Origin: Camelus dromedarius
Taxonomy: Eukaryota
Reading direction: 5' to 3'
DNA length: 64,000 nucleotides
Assembly (NCBI RefSeq): GCF_036321535.1
Contig: NC_087437.1
Location: 91,452,001-91,516,000, forward strand
Below the pieces are notes generated by a model, which made no database searches, was not told the origin of the DNA, and saw nothing but the letters and a program-made list of their open reading frames with translations. The translations under genes and the position numbers were made by a program. This document shows positions 24,401 through 37,915 of this stretch, piece after piece; position 1 is the stretch's first letter; every line of letters starts with the position of its first letter.

Positions 24401-27029
24401 TTTATGAGGGAAAAAATTTCAATCTCAAGATTTTGGTTAAAAAAAAACATAAAATTTAGAGTTCTGTTAAGAAACCAGATCTGTGATATGGGAAGTATAG
24501 CCTGTTATGAAAGTAATACTTACGAAGATTTTTATATTCTGATGCTCCAGATAGCCTTCTAATATTTTCACATTCATTTTAATATTTTCAAACTTGTTAA
24601 TGCTTCTAACATTCAAAAATTTGACCAAGTTTTTATATTCTCACAATGTTTCACAATTTTAACCCTGTGAGATTTCTGTTACCCATATAATAAGTGGTTA
24701 AAGTAATAAATACATGACTTCAAGGTTATATGACTATGAATTCTAGTTTCTATGCCAATTCTTTCTTTAAAAACTCACTATATCCCACATTGAATTGAAA
24801 GCCAGAGAACTCAAAAGGAAAATTCTTAATAATGCTTTTTCTAAGGGAATTGCAACAATTGGGTACTTTTACTACTGGCCAACTGAAATTTCACTGGTTA
24901 ATAATAATTAATGTATTTACCATAAAGCTCTAACTTGGCCTATGTTTAAATGCACATTTATATGCATTAATACTCTATCTAATGTTACAAAAAATTAACT
25001 CAGATTTTTGTTTTCCTTCAAGTCAGTTTTTCACACAACATCAGTTTAGAGAGTGAAAAAAAAATACTGGAAAATCTAAATACAGCATGGAGTTTACAGT
25101 TGTTACTAGTTTTTAGGTGTAATATTTATAGAGAATTAAGATATTTAATTTATTCATCTTAATGTTTTCTGAACAGAGAAAAACTTTCTTTTTGTGTTAT
25201 AAGGGACATTTAAAAAATTCCTAGACATTTTATAAGTACTCAACTTAAAGATAAACTTATTTTGAAGGAAATATGCATTAGTAATTATCTAAGAGATTAT
25301 GATTCCACTTGAAAATATTCAGCAAGATAGCTAGATGTAATGTAAAGCATAAATGAAGAATGCCCATGGTTAATTAAATTGCATTTCTTGAGAAAACAAA
25401 GTATGCAATCAGATATGAGGTTCCTACTCTATCTCCCTGCTAAGCATTTAAGACTTTGAAAAAAATAAAAGAATAAGTTGGATTTAACATTATTATAGAT
25501 GTGAGCCACATCACTAGGAGATAATACCATATTATTTTTCTGGAATGACAATGAGGACATTCACCTTAAGAGCTTCCCTTAGATGCCGTCTTTAAAATCG
25601 CAAGTGAGGGATGTGTTAGAAATAAAATAGAACCACAGGTGGTGTTTTGGTTCTCAAGTCCCTAGTGCTTCAAATAGAAAGGGTGAATTAACAGATGAAA
25701 TACAGAATCTGTATGAAGTCTGGAAGAAACTGTTCAAATATTTAATTTGCCTGTTTAGATCTTATTAATAACAACAAAACACTTCAACACAAAAGCAAGC
25801 AGGGCTCAAATAATTACCAGTTAGTGAATCATTATCATTTGTGTGCTATTATTTTAAATCTGAGTTGTGTTTTTGAGGATGAATTAATTTTTTTTGGAGA
25901 ATTTACCAGTGAAAGCATTTAATCACACTTTCTTTAGATTGTTTTGTTTTTAAATCACCAAGTCCTTCCTTCTAAAGGAACACTCAACTAGAAGAGGGAT
26001 ATTTTTGTTTCTTTTTTTCTCACTGTATTTGCTAATGTAGCTCCGGTAGCTAAAAAGAGCTGTAGATAGTTTCCCATAACTTCCAGAAAAGTGCCTCACA
26101 GTCAATCATGTGTTTAGTGTAGTGGCTGATGGGGACTCCCACTTTGACTGTTTTAGCACAACTGCTAAGGTGCTAACATCCTGTTACTACACTACTGGTG
26201 CTTAGAAATTATGAAAGTACGTATGATTGTAAGCTGATTATTTTTAGTGAATAACGGGAACACCTTCAGGTTTTTTTCTGGGAGACAGTAATGATATATC
26301 ATTCAAGGGATAAGTAAAAGAAATAAAAAGGAACACTCTGGAGCACCAGAGAAAAATATTGTTATTCCAAAAAGAAATAAAATTCTTATAAACTTAAAAA
26401 ATATGAACATAAAAATTGTAACACATTCTAGGCAACTGTTCAAAAGATTGGAAAAGGCATTATGAAAATGCATACACTTGAGGGCTGTTTTTCATAAATG
26501 TGTAATAGATTTTTGTGTGTGTGATAAAACTCATTAAAATCAGGAACATTATGGTTTATTAAGACTTTTGTAAACTCACACACGTGTCCTCTGAGACAAA
26601 GATTTTAGAGATGATTTTTCACTATTTCTTCAGTAAATTAATGCTAAAAACCTTATGAAACTACTGTGCCTTTACTTTATTAAAACATCTAAGTAGTTGA
26701 TGACATCATTAGATTCTTGTCTATCTTGTGACTCTTTCTCCAGTCCTTTAGCAAGTATGTTAAACATAATCTTTTGAATATTTAAAGGACCTAATCTGTG
26801 TGCTTCATTAAAACTTAAGTGACTTTTAAATAAGAACAGGTATTATAAAACATATCACTTAATTTTTTAAATGTATTTTTACTCCTTCTGTAAACGAAAC
26901 CCATAGCAGAGATGAGGATTCAGGAGAGTAGGTAAATTAGAGAAATGAGCTAACGGGTCAACAGGTGAGCCCTCATTCTAAATGGGGGACCCTGAAGTCA
27001 GATACTTCTTGTCATTGTCCTGTGAATGT

Positions 27030-27170
27030 GATGCCTGTGTTACCAAATCTAATTTTGAGAGAGAACAGAAATTCAGGTTCTGTATCAATTTTTTTGAGAG
27101 TTAAATATAAGCAACAAATTCAGATGTTTTTGAACATTCTGTGCAAACCAAGAAATCATGAGTGAGGTCT
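27030..27170. mobile_element. MER103-like hAT-Charlie fragment
   Basis: tgttaccaaatct..tttt.agagagaacagaaattc...gcaacaaattcaga...cattctgtgcaaacca resembles recalled MER103 core. Confidence 0.45.
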
Positions 27171-30100
27171 CTTATTTGGCATTCACACCTCCCACTCTTC
27201 ATGTCAAGGTATTAGGACAGAGAGATAAAATGATTATGTCACTCTCTTCACTGAGTTTTTTTGTTCATGCATGCAATTGATTCAACATTTTAAAATTTTG
27301 TGTTACATACAAAAAAAGCTATTGTTCAGTTTCCTAAGATTTGCAAAAACACATCATTTTTTTAATAGATCACCTTGCCTTTGAATGGGACACTGATTAT
27401 TTGTACATGATAAATACCATAATTTATTATTTTTTTAAAGTGGTTTGAGAGTTTAGAAGAGAGATCATCTGTTCAGTGGACACTGAAAAGTTTCCCTGGA
27501 AGAGGCAGAACTTGGATTTGAACTTGAATATTCAACTTGAATATAGCATTTGAACTTGAATATTCCCTTTTATTTGAGATAAACAATTTAGTCTTAACTA
27601 ATACAATGGAACAAAATTGAAGCAAATGGTTTGATGCTAATAATATTTGGAGCAATAGTCATAGTTTTATTATTTAGTTAATGGTAAGACTATTAGAGTA
27701 TGCACATTTATAAATTATTATTTTGAGTTATACTAGTTTGAGCACTGATTATTCTATTAAGTGCTTATACTCATTCAAATTTCTCACATGCTGCTTCGAT
27801 TTACTAAATGTTATCCTGGCCTCGCAAATTCTAATGAATTTTTAATTGTGAAGTGATGATATGGCTTTCTGCTAACACTCAAAAGCCATCCATCATTTAA
27901 TATATTTTACAACCCGATTCCCTTCATCTCCTGATCACCTGAAGCTTACCTACTCCTTTGACAACTTATCATTTGACTTGTTTGAAATAAAACAAGAAAT
28001 ACATTACTTTGCTTTTGGATTTCTTCCTTATTATGGTAACTTAAATTGCAATTTCTCATTTACATACAGTAACACCTTAATTGGATTGTTATCTTCGTTT
28101 CTCCTGGGAAATTCTCTCTGCATACGAAACTCTGCAGTTTAGACTTGCTCGTGTTGATCCTCTTTATTTGCAAACATATATCTATTTATTATTCATTGAA
28201 AAACTGCCTGTTCATATTTTTGCATATTCTCATCTTTTAAGCTAAGAGCATCTTTACAAATCATTTAAATATGTTTAAGATTTTGTCATTTTCCCAATTA
28301 AAAAGTCCTTTTAGCTTACCTGAGAGATACCATAAGATTAGTTATGAATATAATTTTAGCACTTCTGCATTTGAATAGTCCGCTTTATAAATGAGCGTAG
28401 CTATCAGTGAGAACTGCTTTGACAGTTGGAGAATATATGCACTGTATACCTAAGATCAAAGTTTTTCTTAATATGGTGTTTTGGATCACATGATTTTCAG
28501 ATTTTAATTTGGAACGTTATTAGAGTAAAAGAAAAAAGGGTGATTTAAGAAAAAGTAAAAGGTGAGAGAAATACTAAAATGAGAGTGGTTTCAAGGCATT
28601 GAAAGAGGCATGAGTAGAGATTTCTAAATTCAATAAATTGCTCTGCATCTTGGAGTTAGGTGACTCGGCCTTTTAATGTAAATTTTAGTGTAACAAATAC
28701 CTACTACTTAGATTTAACTCTAAAAATGTATTGAATTTCAAATATATAACTAAAGTGGATAACAGAGTTTTCGTATTTTTATATGGTTGCTTATTAATCT
28801 CTTACTTTGGTTGGATAAGATTCTTACTCAAGTATTGCACTAGGGACAGGAAGTACTCCACAGAGCAGTAACTCTGAAAATAGGTGCACACAGCACTAAA
28901 TAAGAAAAACAGTCCCACACTTTTATTTTAGCTACACTTTCAGTTCTTGTTTCAAAACTGATCTTGTGGACATCTGAACCACTGCTTTCCAATAAAAGCT
29001 TCTTCATCAGTTGACACCATGATCCATCCCAAATAGTCAATTATAGCCTCCAGACCAAAGCTAGACTTCTGATTAGTTGGCTTTTGAGTCTCCATAATTT
29101 TTCTGCCATATGCCTGTCAAAGTGCTGGAAATTCTAACAATCCAATATCCAGTTCTCTGAGTTAAGGCTTTGCCTACTGTTAGAAAGCAAATTAAGCCAT
29201 GTTAGTCATTAGCCTGAGTGCCCATTCCTACAGCTTCAGTTATGATTCCCAAACATGTGTCTGATCCACTATCATTTCAAAGAATAATGAGGGGAGAAGG
29301 ATGTATTTAACTACCAGGTTTCCTGTTTATGTGTAGTTTACTTACCTGTCTAACCATCAGTGACCTATCTGTAAATCTAGGAGTGCTGCAGCACTTTGCA
29401 GAGGACTGTGGAACTGAAACGAAACAGTATCACCAATGTGGGATCTGCCCTAAATCAGTGGTCCCTCTGATGATGGATGTTGAGGTTTAGGCCCTGCGGA
29501 GTTGAACAACAGACATTTGTGGACATGAAGGGAGGTATAAATACAGGCAAAGAGAGAGCCAAATCGAACAAGAAAAACAGGCAACATGTAAGATAAGCAT
29601 GTAGAGCTATGATCATTTCTGTCTTTTTCTACTTTTAATAGTCTGTTGCACTGCCAATGAAAATCTATCTTCCATTCTCTGATATTCTTCAGCAATGTGT
29701 CTATGCTTTCCTTATAAAAGTAATACTGTCTGAAATCATAAATATTTGTAAAATAAAAAAGAGAGAAGACACGTTACTAATTTCCCAAGTATCGATTTTC
29801 AGAGAGAATGAAGGCCGAAAGCCCACATGAACAAATTACTTTGGAGATGTCATAATGTGTTTTTATTTCACTGCCCAAAGTTTCCGTATATTAATAAAAC
29901 TCCAGAGTTCCTGTATATTAATAAAACCAGTAAGTTTCCCAAAGAAGAAGGAGAGAAAAACTTACTGGATTCTAAACCACAAAATTCATAGTATTCAAGG
30001 GAAGAAGCTATTTTTTTTTTTTTAAGAAGAACAGTTCTTTTCTGTCTTGGACCTATCAGTCAATTATTTACAGTCCGTGAACATCAGTAAACTCAGTAGC

Positions 30101-30179
30101 TCAAAGAATGGTTTAAAAGTGATACTATTATAAAATACTTATGTTAGAGTTGAGCATAGGATAAGCACTTAATAAAGTA

Positions 30180-30422
30180 GTTTATGTTAACTGAGTGTTT
30201 ATACCACTCATGTTTTAAGTACTTACATGGATTAGCCCATTCAATCTCCTACCAATTCTATGAAGAATTCTTTCTATTTATATTCAATTTTCATATTAAA
30301 ATATTATGGGATAGGCAGATAAAATCACTTTCCTAAGTTCTCAAAGATAGGAAGGGGTGAACAAATGATTTAAATCTGGGTGGTCTAATTTCAGATCATA
30401 TGTTCTTAATGATTTCACTATA
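30180..30422 (-). mobile_element. MIR SINE
   Basis: actgagtgtttat...ttttaagtacttacatggattag..cattcaatc...cactttcctaagttctca...gatttaaatctggg...tgttcttaat. Confidence 0.7.
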
Positions 30423-31039
30423 CCTTTTATTACTCAGGAAGCTATAAGGGCTTCTTAGAATTATCAGTAATATTTATTTTAATCACAATATGATTTTTAT
30501 ATAGAAGAAGTGTTTTGACATTACTAATATACATCAGTTTAGACACAAATAAAAATGCATGCTTATTCAAGTTTACTGAATGACATCTGGCCTGGGACAA
30601 AATTCAGCATACAAAAAGATGTTCTACTTCGTATTTGTTTAAGTGCATAAGTTTGTGATTAATTTTTCCAGTAATATTTCAACAAAATGAAGTTGTGCTT
30701 TTTCAAGTTAAAACATACATAGTTGAATACCTGAAGCCCTGTCTGTTGTTAAGATCCGAGATCTGTTCATACGAAAATGTGAACAAACAGATTCTTCTAA
30801 ATTTAACAAATGAATAGATCCTCTGGATTTTCCATTGAGTGAGATTTCCCATTGAGTTAACAGGCTCTCTGCTTATGCACGGATTGGTTGTTTACAAAGA
30901 AGCTTTCCATTGTTTTCACTCAACCAACTCCAGGTGGCTTTTGCCCAACATTTTAGTAAGAATGACTTTTATGTCTCTTAGACACAACAGAGATATTTTA
31001 GTCATTATTTTATTTAACCACTGGGAACACAAAAATGGA

Positions 31040-31322
31040 CTGTGCTTTGCATCACTGAAGTTTTCTCTTCGTTTGGAGTCACTCTGTTACTCTCTCTATC
31101 CCCTCTCTGCTTCTGTTGCCAGTCCATCCTCCCCTGTCTGCCTTGACATATTTCACTTCATCAAAGCGAGACTCTTGGCTATTTTCCCTGTTCAGCATCT
31201 CTCTCTCGGCAAGATTTCATTCATGCCTAGTTTCAGAAGTTATTGAATGGTCTGTATACTTCCATCTGCATGTCTAAAAAGTACTAAAAGATCATGGCAA
31301 AAACCAGTTTCCTTATCTTTTC
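31040..31322 (+). mobile_element. L2 body fragment
   Basis: Pyrimidine-rich L2-like sequence ending ...ccatctgcatgtctaa...catggcaaaaacca..ttccttatctt. Confidence 0.5.
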
Positions 31323-31324
31323 TT

Positions 31325-31560
31325 TTTTCAGTTGGGTTATCCCAAAAGCAGAGCCTCTGGGATTCGGAAGCAAGTAGTGTATTGGGAGGTGGTTTCGGAA
31401 GCAGAATGAAGAACTAGAGAGAGTGAAATGGAGAACAAAAGACACTGAAGCATCTGCAACTGGGCTGGTCCCGAGTGTGCACTCAGGGCTCAGTTCCCAT
31501 GGTGACCTTGCTAGGAACTTGTAGAAGGCATCAGAATAGTCCCTGCACAGGATGAGGTAG
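31325..31560 (-). mobile_element. ERVL LTR fragment, LTR33-like
   Basis: gttgggttatcccaaaagcagagcc...gcaagtagtgtattgggaggtg...gggctcagttcccatgg.gacc. Confidence 0.65.
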
Positions 31561-32861
31561 TGAAAAAGGATAAAAAATATTTATGAAATGAAGTTATAAT
31601 TCTGTCTTTTTAGAAAACTGAAAAGAGAAAAAAAATTAAGGATTAAATAATTGGTTATTTTTTTCATCAGGTTGGCCTGTGAAGGATTACACTATTTCTG
31701 GGGCAAATTTCTGCTTGATTTCTGCTTGTGGCCCCATAGAGGCTGAAGCTCCTTTCCATCTTGAAAATACAACCTTATGGCAATTTATCTCTCTAAACAC
31801 TGGGTGATAATGTGCTTGCCACAATGGCTGTGACAAATGACTGTCTGCTTCCCTTGAACTTGGTCAGTGAATCATAAAACGTTGAAGGTTAGACTATGAC
31901 CCTCTGCATCATGTAATAATTTGCTCGTGCTTTTATTATGAGAGGGAAATACTATATTTTTTCATATCTCTCTTTTGTAAACCCATTAATAAATTAAAAA
32001 TGAAACAGAGTTATATTTATTTAGCTATAGAAGAGGTTTCTTAAAACCTCTTTTTGATTCAATAGTTCCCTAAAAAAATGCTACTCCAAAAAATAAAGAA
32101 GTAAATATTATCTTCTCTATGGTTAATTCATATTTATGTACATTATGAATGTCAAAATAAGCAGAATGTAAAAAAATAGTCAAAAATTTTATCATTTAAT
32201 CTGAAACAAAAAAAATCTGATGGGACTAGATTCAAACTTATTAAAATAAATTAGAGCAAATGTACTAGTTCCTACTGCTTTTATCTTTTTTAACATGTCA
32301 CCAATTTAAAACAAAAGAGGGGAAAAATCCTTTTAACTTGGTGGGGAAAATTCAGTATCTTTGACATCAAAAATTATAGAAATGGGTTTTTAAGCTACAT
32401 ATGCATAGCTTTCTCTTAACCAATATCCACATATTATAGAATGCTACAAGTACCCCTGATGAAATTAAAACAAACAAAAATAGTCCATGCCAATTCATCT
32501 TCTCAGCTACTACATATAATAATGGTGATGATAATGATAATAATAAAAGACACAGAGAAATCTTAGATTCTTAATAAAGAAAAGTAGGGAGTGTATACTG
32601 AAGCAAAACAAAAAGTCTCAGCAGGAATATTTTTCAACATAGAAATGGTTTTCTTAATGCAGTATTTACTTGTATTCATTTACAGACATATCATTAACAA
32701 AACTTACCAAAACAAAGCAGCACCAGGCATTTGTGTGTATTACTAGGATGAATACATAATGTTGCATGAACAAGTATGTGTGATCATTACTGGTCACACA
32801 TTTGAACTGTGTTATGTTTTCTCTCTAACTTATTTTCCATGCAGGAGTGATTTGACCAAAG

Positions 32862-33995
32862 AAGATCACAATAGCACTTATGGGTATATGTCCAAAATAA
32901 CAGAAGTCAGGAGCTTGAAGAAATACCTGCACTCTCATGTTTACTGGCACATTATTCAGAATAGCCAAGGTATAGGAATAACCCAGATGTCTAACAATTG
33001 ATAAATGGGTAAAGATTACATAATATATACATATAAATATTTTTTTCAGCCTCAACAAAGCAGGAATTGCTGTCATTAGAGACAACATGGATGAGCCTGA
33101 AGGACACTATGCTAAGTGAAACAATCTAGTCATAAACACAAATACAGCCTGATTCTACTTACATAAGATATCTAAAATAGTCAAACTCATAGAAGCTGAA
33201 AATATGATAATGGTTGCCAGGGGCAAGGGAGTGGGGAAATGGAATGTTGTTATTTAATGGGTAAAAAGTTTCAGTTACACTAGAGATTTTCTGTACAACA
33301 TAGTGTCTATAGTTAACAGTACTATATAGTCCACTTAAAAATGTTTTGAGAGGGTAGGTCTCATGGTAAGTGATCATGTAACATACAACAAACATACAAA
33401 AAAAAGGCAGGAAACTCTGGAAGGTGTTGATTGGAGCATTTAGTCCATTGACGTTTATGGTTATTGATAGATGTGTGTTTATTGCCATTTTGAACTTTGT
33501 TTTCCAGTTGATTTCGTACTTCGTCTTTGTTCTTTTTCTTTTTGCTTTTCTTTTGGTGGTTTGATAATTTTCCTTTGTATTAGCTTGGTTGCTTTTTGGT
33601 TTTTGTGACTCAATTGTATGCTATTATTTGTGGTTACCCTGTTTTTCAAGTGTGTTAACCCATTGCGATCTCTGTTTGCTTTAGACTGGTAGTCATATAG
33701 GCTCAAACACATCCTAAGAAGAACAAAAAGAAAATCTACATTTTCTTGCCCCTCTCGCCCACATTCTGTAATTTTGATGTCCTCTTTTGCATCTTCACGT
33801 TTATTCTCTTGCAGCTCATTGTAGTTATTGCATTGCCAATTATAGTTTTCTCTTTTCTGTAACTTCCTACTTCTTTTCTGTTTAGAGAAGACCTTTCAAT
33901 ATTTCTTTTAGGATAGGTTTACTATTGCTGAATTCTTACTCGACCTAGACCTGGAAGGTGTTGGATATGTCTCTTACATTGACTGTGGTGACCAA
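32862..33995 (+). mobile_element. Old L1 (L1MA/L1MB-type) ORF2 end and 3' UTR, split by a younger L1 fragment at 33430-33950
   Basis: gcacattattcagaatagccaag...gacaacatggatgagcctgaaggacactatgctaagtgaaa...aggaaactctggaaggtgttg | ggatatgtctcttacattgactgtggtga. Confidence 0.85.
33430..33950 (-). mobile_element. Internal L1 fragment: ORF1 C-terminus, inter-ORF spacer, ORF2 N-terminus
   Basis: Minus strand encodes ...EFSNSKPILKEILKGLL* (stop 33884-33882) and MAINTHLSITINVNGLNAPI from 33488 (L1 endonuclease start); flanked by 13-bp direct repeat ctggaaggtgttg. Confidence 0.9.
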
Positions 33996-34390
33996 TAAAT
34001 GCCTCTATGCAAATTGTTGTAAATAATATCTTTTATGTGAATAAGCAATAAGAACTTATAAACTGAACTAGTTAAATGGAGATAATATGAATTATATCTA
34101 TTTTGAGAGACTACAAGTTTGTAACTTTTTTAGAAAATAGAAATATTAAGACACCCTAACAAAATACTTGCTGAAAGAGATAGTTTACCATATTTTATAA
34201 AGGATGAGACTAGATTCATTATTTATAGAAAATTATATTTCCCTAGTCTTTAAGATTGATTGTTAGATGAAATTCTCATGTCTACTAAAATATTTTCTAT
34301 TAATCATTTTCTTAGAAAATAGTTTCATGAGAGAGCTATTACTTTGGCAACTTTACACTGAATTTTAAACAAGAAAATCAAAAATACAAT

Positions 34391-34932
34391 TTTAATAGAC
34401 AAGAACAAATCTGACTCCTTGTTAAATCTGTTCTTTTGACTTTAACCCTGTGCTGTTTCCTAGGCTTAATCTTGCTGGTTCTGCACCTTTTGTAAAAAGA
34501 ATGTTGCTTATAGCCTGAAATATACAGGAGAGTCTATTCTCAAGGTTCTAACCTTTAAGGATATTAACACATTTCCATTCATATAAAGATAAGAAGTTGC
34601 AGAATAGAAAGTAACATTTGTTTTGTTGGAGGTTTTACAGGGATACCATAACCTGACCCACGTGGACAGCTGCAAGAACAAAGCATTCCAAGAAAAAAGA
34701 ATTCCTACACCAAGAAGTTTGCAACAACCAAGCATACCCCCTCCACTTTTTAGTATAAAAGGAGCCTGAATTCTGACTTGGGGAAGATGGTTCTCCAAGG
34801 CATTAGTCTGCCATTTTCTCAGTTTGCCAGCTTTCTGAATAAAGTTGCTATTCCTTGCCCCAACCCCTCATCTCTTGATTTATTGGCCTGTCGTGTGGGG
34901 AGCAGAATGAGTTGGACTTGGACTTGGTAACA
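34391..34932 (+). mobile_element. ERV1-class solo LTR (MER41-like)
   Basis: aatctgactcc.tgtt 5' motif, TATAAAA at ~34754, AATAAA at ~34838, ends ggtaaca; TSD-like caat/taat. Confidence 0.85.
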
Positions 34933-35152
34933 TAATGACAATAATTAACAATACTGTATTGTATATTTGAAAATTATTTAGAGAGTAGATCTTGAAAGTT
35001 TTCATCAGAAGGGAAAAATAACTGTAACTATGTGAGCTGATGGATGTTAACTAAACTTACTGTGGTAATCATTTGGCAATATATGCTTATGTCAAATCAT
35101 ATGTTGTACACTTTAAACTTTACAATGCAATACGTCAATAAAACTAGAAAAA
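34933..35152 (+). mobile_element. L1 3' end (L1MA9-like)
   Basis: aatactgtattgtatatttgaaa...gagagtagatcttgaaagtt...tgatggatgttaactaaacttactgtggtaatcattt...caataaaactagaaaaa. Confidence 0.85.
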
Positions 35153-36077
35153 GGTAAGAACTCATACTAGAAAAAGATAAGGTTTTAAACTCATTCTGTT
35201 GTCACTAAGTGTTAACAATAAATGAAATACATCTTTCAACAATATCTACTTTTAAAATTTGGGATCACTATTATTTGAGAAATTTGTATGACATGATTAT
35301 GTTTTTCTTCTTTTTATTGTTTTATTCACAGTATAGTTAATCTGGTAAGAGCTTAGATGTCATCATGATTAATAATTTGAAGCCTACTTTGTTATATTTT
35401 AGGTTAATAGTCAGTTAAAATGTTATAAGCTCTCTTGAAGAAATTATTTTATCCTGGGAGCCACAGCATATGTGAAACTATATCTACATCTGGTCTCCTG
35501 TTTAAAATAAGATTCATCTTATTTTATTATATATTCTTGTAACAATGTGATGATTAAATCAAAGGGCATTAAATTTGCATAACAACATACTGATGCATTA
35601 AATGTTTTAGGAAATCTGAAATGACAAGATAAAAGGAGGTGCCACTTTGAGCATAGTCCATCTTCCCAGTTCAATTAAAATTAAAAATAATTCTGCATGT
35701 AGTACTACTGATGATGCATAGGAGTACTTCTCCATTTTTTTTTCTTAACAATTTCTTGGATCTCCAGTTATTCATTTTTATAACTGTAAATATGATGCCT
35801 GACAAGATGCAATTTCTAATGCCCATCTGTGTCTGGAGCCATAAAGTGTTTACTTTTTTTGTTTGCTTTTTAAGTTCTTATATTTTCCTTTTCTTCCAGT
35901 ATAATACCTGGATTTTATAGTTTTTTTTTATTTAGCTACTATAAAAATACATATTACTGATATTTTGTAGTTCCTTCTGACAAATGGAACTTTGTAATGA
36001 AAATATAAATTAACTTATTAACTGAGGGTTCTGAGTGATTTCTCAACTGACATTGAGGTGACAATGTCAAAGGAAAT

Positions 36078-36298
36078 GTGGCATGTTGGAAATAATAGTG
36101 GACTGGCAAGTAATTCTAACATCACAATATACAAGATATGTGAGATTTAGGGAGCTATTAAAATTCCAGAGTCTAGTTTATCACCCATAAAATGGAGATA
36201 ATTGTCACTATGCCTATTTTATAGGATTGTTGTGAGGACCATAAATATGAGTGCAGAAAAATTTTTCTATATTGTAAAGTATGTTGAAAATGTAAGGA
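36078..36298 (+). mobile_element. MIR SINE
   Basis: Core agttt.tcacccataaaatggagataat...ataggattgttgtgagga. Confidence 0.7.
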
Positions 36299-37419
36299 AG
36301 TCACAAATATAAGAAAATTTCACTTCACTGAGATTCAATGTGCTCATTAAAAGTATTGAATTTAATATTCATATTTAACAATTATTATCTTACAAGAATA
36401 TTGCTAATCATGTAACTAAACTTATTACTATTAAAATTACTTGATCAAACTATTAAGGTATACTGTTTAATATTATTAAACTATTAATTGATATCACATT
36501 AATTAATATTGAAACATCAATGTTAATAAATAATAACTTACCATTAAATATCTTAATTAAACTAGTCACTATTGATAACCTGAGAATAAAATACTAGGAA
36601 TCTTATTATTCATGTAAATGCAAAATGGGTAAAAGTATTAATATATTAACTGTCAATCTAAACAAAACAATTTAACATTTAAAATACAAGGAACACTTCA
36701 TTATTGAACAGATGGCTAAGGTATAGGATCATGGAAAGACAAATTAGAATGGATGCATTTATTTTACAGATATTACAAAGCCTGAATTTCAACCAGTGTC
36801 ATCTATATAAACTTTTGAATACATATACACATATATATAATACAATTTTAAAAAAAGATTTTATTGAAATTTTAGTAGTGGCATTAACTTTCTTTAATGT
36901 TATTTTAAGGTTTTCAATTTTGTTTCTATTGATTATTTTAGTCACAATTTGATGGTTTAAATTCTATATTCAAATATCCTAGATTGCAATTATTAGAATT
37001 AAATCATAGAGTTAGGGCTTTTAATTCACATAGACACATAAACTTTCTTGAGGCTGAACATGTTCTCAGTAGTTTGCTCTCCCTCAGTAAAACCAAGTAT
37101 GAGAAGAAGATTAAGGAAAAGCAGAGCAATCAATCCAACCTCGTGGGCAAATTTAGGATTAGTGGAAAATTCTGCTTTAAGATATTCTGGGAAATAAAGT
37201 AGATACTAGTATATATTTCCAAGACTCTGTAAGGTAAAGCATATTACAAAATATCATTGAAACCTTATGGAGTTAATCACAACATATGTTTTAATATATC
37301 ATGCAACAAATGAAAATTTGCATTCAACTGTTGTTTTTGTTAGTAAGTATGGTTCTTCCACAAGTAGTATTTAAATCATAATATGCCTTCTTTTTCCCTT
37401 CTTGATTCTTTTTAAACTA

Positions 37420-37915
37420 CTTTTCTTCTCCCAAGTAATGATTTTTATTATGTTATTAATATCTCTTCTCTTTTCTTGGGAATCCCCCGTTGGATTCTAC
37501 TTTATATAAATGGAATATACAATAGACATCATTTAAGTCTGATTTTTTAGATTAATTTAACATTCTCTGAGACTCATTCATGTTACTGAAATATGTTAAT
37601 TTGTTATTTTATATTGCTGTAAGGTATTCCATATGTGTATAAACCACCACATTCTACTGTTGATGAGAATTTGGGTTCCAGGATTACAATATTATAAATA
37701 ATGCTGTTACGTTGTTGTATAAGTCTCTTAGAGTAAATGTTCACTTATTTCAGATGGACGTATATCAAGGAGTGGAGCTGTAGCATCAAAAGTTTGCCTA
37801 AATTCAGTTCTACAAGATACCATAAAAGAATTTACAAAATCTGTATAACCAATTTACATTCCTACCGGCAATGTATGAGGGCTCCTCATTATGGTATTAA
37901 TTTACATTTGTGTAA
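37420..37915 (-). mobile_element. Old L1 (L1MD/L1ME-type) fragment
   Basis: actttatataaatggaat...tgagactcattcatgtt...cattctactgttgatg.gaatttgggtt...ataaataatgctg...accaatttacattcctacc.gcaatgtatgag. Confidence 0.7.

Noticed and set aside
33159..33488. 109-aa ORF starting with the L1 ORF2 N-terminus
   Set aside because: Only ~20 residues are L1 endonuclease; the rest is read-through into the antisense of an older L1 UTR, an accidental chimera
36380..36690. Extremely AT-rich tracts (also ~15600-16260) as S/MARs or origins
   Set aside because: Composition alone is not evidence in an AT-rich isochore
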